Source of the DNA: Alphaproteobacteria bacterium
Lineage (GTDB): Bacteria > Pseudomonadota > Alphaproteobacteria > UBA828
Assembly: GCA_963667785.2 (NCBI GenBank)
Contig: CAXXMU010000002.1
Location: 800,001 to 864,000, forward strand
DNA length: 64,000 nucleotides
Direction: 5' to 3'
Below the pieces are notes generated by a model, which saw only the letters and a program-made list of their open reading frames with translations, searched no databases and was not told the origin of the DNA. Each line of letters opens with the position of its first letter. Positions within the stretch are counted from its first letter, which is position 1. Shown here in pieces: positions 61,125-64,000 of the stretch. The position numbers were made by a program, and so were the translations under genes.

Positions 61125-61264
61125 GCCATGCCTCCCTGCTGCCGCTCTCTCTCCGCTCGCGCCGACATACCCCGCCGCCGCTGTGCGCGCCATGGCGGAG
61201 CCGCCGCCGCCTTGATCGGGAGGGTGCGCTGTGGTTGTTTGGCCTCAAGCTTCGCGGAGCCCCC

Positions 61265-62149
61265 ATGCACCTGCACCGCACCTACCTGTTCGCCCCGGGC
61301 AACCACGCGCGCAAGGTCGCCAAGGTCTTCGGCGCCGGCGCCGATGCGGTGGTGCTCGACCTCGAGGACGCCGTCGCCGCGGCGGAGAAGGAGGCCACGC
61401 GGCCGGTCGTCGTCGAGGCGCTGCAGGGACCGCGCGCCTGCCTCGGCTACGTGCGGGTGAACGCGCTGGATACTGACTACTGCCATGGCGATCTTCAGGC
61501 CGTCGTCGCGCCCGGCGTGGACGGCATCCTGCTGCCCAAGGTCGAGGCGCCGGGCGAGCTGGAAACGGTGGACTGGCTGCTCGGCCAGCTCGAGCGCGAG
61601 CGGGGCCTCGAACGGGGCGCGATCGACCTCGTGCCCATCATCGAGACCGGCCGGGGGGTGGCCGCGGCCGAGGCCATCGCGGGCGCAGACACGCGCGTGC
61701 GCCGGCTCTCCTTCGGCGCGGGCGACTACACCCGCGACATGGGGATGGTCTGGACCGGCGCCGAGGCCGAGCTCGCCCACGCCAGGGCGTGCATCGTGCT
61801 CGCCTCCCGCGTGGGCGGGCTGGAGCCGCCGATCGACACGGTCTTCATCGACCTCGCCGACGCGGACAACCTGGTGCGCTCGACCGAGACCGCGCTCAGC
61901 TTCGGCTTCCAGGGCAAGCTCTGCATACACCCCAAGCAGGTGGGGCCCGTGAACGGCGTCTTCACGCCGAGCAGCGCCGCCGTGACCCAGGCGGAGAAGC
62001 ACGTCGCCGCCTTCCGGGAGGCGGAGGCCGCGGGCTCGGCCTCGATCCAGGTGGACGGCTACTTCATCGATTACCCGATCTACGAGAAGGCCGAGCGGGT
62101 GCTGCGGATCGCGGAGGCGATCCGACAGAAGGGCGCGCAGGCCGGCTGA
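61265..62149 (+). CDS. CitE/HpcH family acyl-CoA ester lyase
   Basis: LFAPG, LDLEDAV, VRVN, IIET, GAGDY, GKLCIHPKQ. Confidence 0.9.
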   Translation: MHLHRTYLFAPGNHARKVAKVFGAGADAVVLDLEDAVAAAEKEATRPVVVEALQGPRACLGYVRVNALDTDYCHGDLQAVVAPGVDGILLPKVEAPGELETVDWLLGQLERERGLERGAIDLVPIIETGRGVAAAEAIAGADTRVRRLSFGAGDYTRDMGMVWTGAEAELAHARACIVLASRVGGLEPPIDTVFIDLADADNLVRSTETALSFGFQGKLCIHPKQVGPVNGVFTPSSAAVTQAEKHVAAFREAEAAGSASIQVDGYFIDYPIYEKAERVLRIAEAIRQKGAQAG

Positions 62150-62163
62150 ACGGGAGCAGCGGC

Positions 62164-63709
62164 ATGTTGATGACCGGCGACGACTACCGCGAATCCCTGA
62201 GGCGGCTTTCGCCGCGCGTCTATGTGGAGGGCGACGAGGTGGCGTCGGTCGCCGACGAGCCGCGCTTCGCGCCGGGCGTCGCGTCGCTCGCACTCACCTA
62301 CGACTTCGCGCTGGACGAGCGCCACCGGCACACCATGGCTGCGGTCGAGGAGAGCACCGGCGCAGACGTCAACCGCTTCCTCCACATCAACCGTTCGACC
62401 ACCGACCAGCTCCACAAGCTGGAGGCGGTGCGCCTCGTCTGCCAATACACCGGCTGCGCCCAGCGCTATCTGACCCAGGACGGTCTCAACGCCATCCACC
62501 AGGCGACCTGGCGCATAGATCAGGAGACGGGCGGCACCCTGCACGAGCGCTTCCTCGCCTATCTCCACCGGGTGCAGGCGGAAGACCTCACCCTCGGCGT
62601 CGCCATGACCGACGGAAAGGGCGACCGCTCGCGCCGCCCCCACGCCCAGGCGGTGCGCGATTCGTACGTCCATATCGCCAGGCGCCGGCCCGATGGCATC
62701 GTCATCCGGGGCGCCAAGGCCATCGTCACCGCCGCGCCCTACGTCCACGAGTACCTGGTCATGCCGTGCCGCAACATGACGGAGGACGACAAGGACTTCG
62801 CCGTCTGCTGCGCGGTGCCGGTGGATGCCGCAGGCGTCACCGTCGTTGCCCGCCCGGCGGGCCGGCCGGGGGAGAAGGCGGCCACCTTCAGCGCCCGCTA
62901 CGGCCAGTCCACCGGCGTGGTGATCTTCGACGACGTGTTCGTGCCGTGGGAGCGCGTGTTCCTCGCCGGCGAATGGGAGCATTCGCAGTTCCTGACCCAG
63001 GCCTATGCGACCCATCACCGCCATTCCTGCATCGGCGCGCGCGCGGGCTTCGGCGACCTGCTGATCGGCGCCGGGGTGCTGATGGCCGAGGCCAACGGGC
63101 TCGAGGTGGAAGGCACCTCCCACCTGCGCGACCGCATGGTGGAGCTGATCAAGATCGTCGAGGGCTTCTATGCCTGCGGCGTCGCGAGCTCGGTCTACGC
63201 GCGTGCCGACGGCTCCGGCTGCGTCGAGCCCGACCGCGTCTTCGCCAACATCGGCAAGCTGCTGCTGTCCACGCAGATCTACGACATGCACCGCATCGCC
63301 CACGAGGTCTCGGGCGGGCTCGTGGTCGCCCCTGCCGGGGCCGGACGAGGACCACAATCCGGCGACCGCCGGCTCGCTATCCGAGATGCTGAAGGGGCGC
63401 GACGACCTGCCCTACGGCGAGCGCATGGAGGTCGCGCGCCTGATCGAGGATCTCACCGCGTCCGGCACCGCCGGCTGGTACTCGGTCATCAGCCTGCACG
63501 GCGGCGGCTCGCCGCAGGCGACGGGTCTCGAGATCTTCCGCAGCTATCCGATTGAGGACAAGGTGGCGCTGGTCGAGAAGCTGCTCGAGCGGGGCGTGCT
63601 CGCCGACGAAAGCGGCGAGAGTCGCGACCGCCAACCGGGCCGATGCTGCCCCATCGGCTGCAAGGAGCCGGAGGAAGCCCCGGCGCCGCCGCGGCGCGCC
63701 CGCAACTGA
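62164..63709 (+). pseudogene. 4-hydroxybutyryl-CoA dehydratase / 4-hydroxyphenylacetate 3-hydroxylase family protein interrupted by a +1 frameshift (real or assembly error)
   Basis: AMTDGKGDRS, GIVIRGAK, FDDVFVPWERVF in frame 1; LPGPDEDHNP...LHGGGSP in frame 2; extra C in the C run at 63329-63332. Confidence 0.8.
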
Positions 63710-63751
63710 ACGACCGATACGTAATTCACACCGTCACAGGGGAAAGAGACC

Positions 63752-64000
63752 ATGTCAGTGGAGCAACGTCTTCAGCGTCTGGAAGATATCGAGGCCATCA
63801 AGCAGCTCATCGCCCGCTACATGACGGCGGCGGATCACAATGGCGATCCGGCGATGATGGCGCCCTGCTTCACCGAGGACGCGGTCTGGAACTGCGAGGG
63901 GATCGGGCGCTTTGAGACCCGGGACGCCATCGTGGACGGCCTGCGCAAGACCTCCACCAAGACGCTCTCCTGGGCGCTGCACTACGCGACCCAGCCGATC
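63752..64000 (+). CDS. SnoaL/NTF2-like protein (3' truncated by window edge)
   Basis: MSVEQRLQRLEDIEAIKQLIARY...FTEDAVW...ALHY. Confidence 0.8.
   Translation, partial: MSVEQRLQRLEDIEAIKQLIARYMTAADHNGDPAMMAPCFTEDAVWNCEGIGRFETRDAIVDGLRKTSTKTLSWALHYATQPI

Overview
Chromosomal window from a very GC-rich (roughly 70% by eye) alphaproteobacterium, most likely Rhodospirillales-like. This is based on the hisB-DUF2628-hisH-GNAT-hisA-hisF-hisE-HIT gene order, the chvI/chvG-pckA neighbourhood and a tRNA-His that keeps G-1:C73. It holds about 65 genes. Housekeeping genes (glnE 3' end, amtB, nnr, comM, his operon, ubiD/ubiA, glpD/glpK, rsmE, gshA, ggt, holC, pepA, pckA, chvIG, a small heat-shock protein) are mixed with small catabolic modules. 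No phage, integrase, transposase, CRISPR or rRNA gene is visible. The most notable signals are: (1) an uncalled ~170-nt transcription unit with a promoter, a 15-nt perfect match to the 16S 3' end, a 24-aa ORF and two hairpins (4861-5066); (2) a three-gene operon with a palindromic operator that encodes a secreted helical-repeat protein ending in a C-terminal CxxCH haem motif; (3) a split urea/guanidine-carboxylase-like module beside ureohydrolase and deaminase genes; (4) two inverted copies of a CTAG-bounded MITE-like element next to a helically phased CGGGA array; (5) a CoA-dependent catabolic cluster with an atypical, frameshifted AbfD/HpaB-family enzyme; (6) a probable ATT start overlapping the gshA stop codon. 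All functional calls come from motif recognition by eye; no database searches were run.
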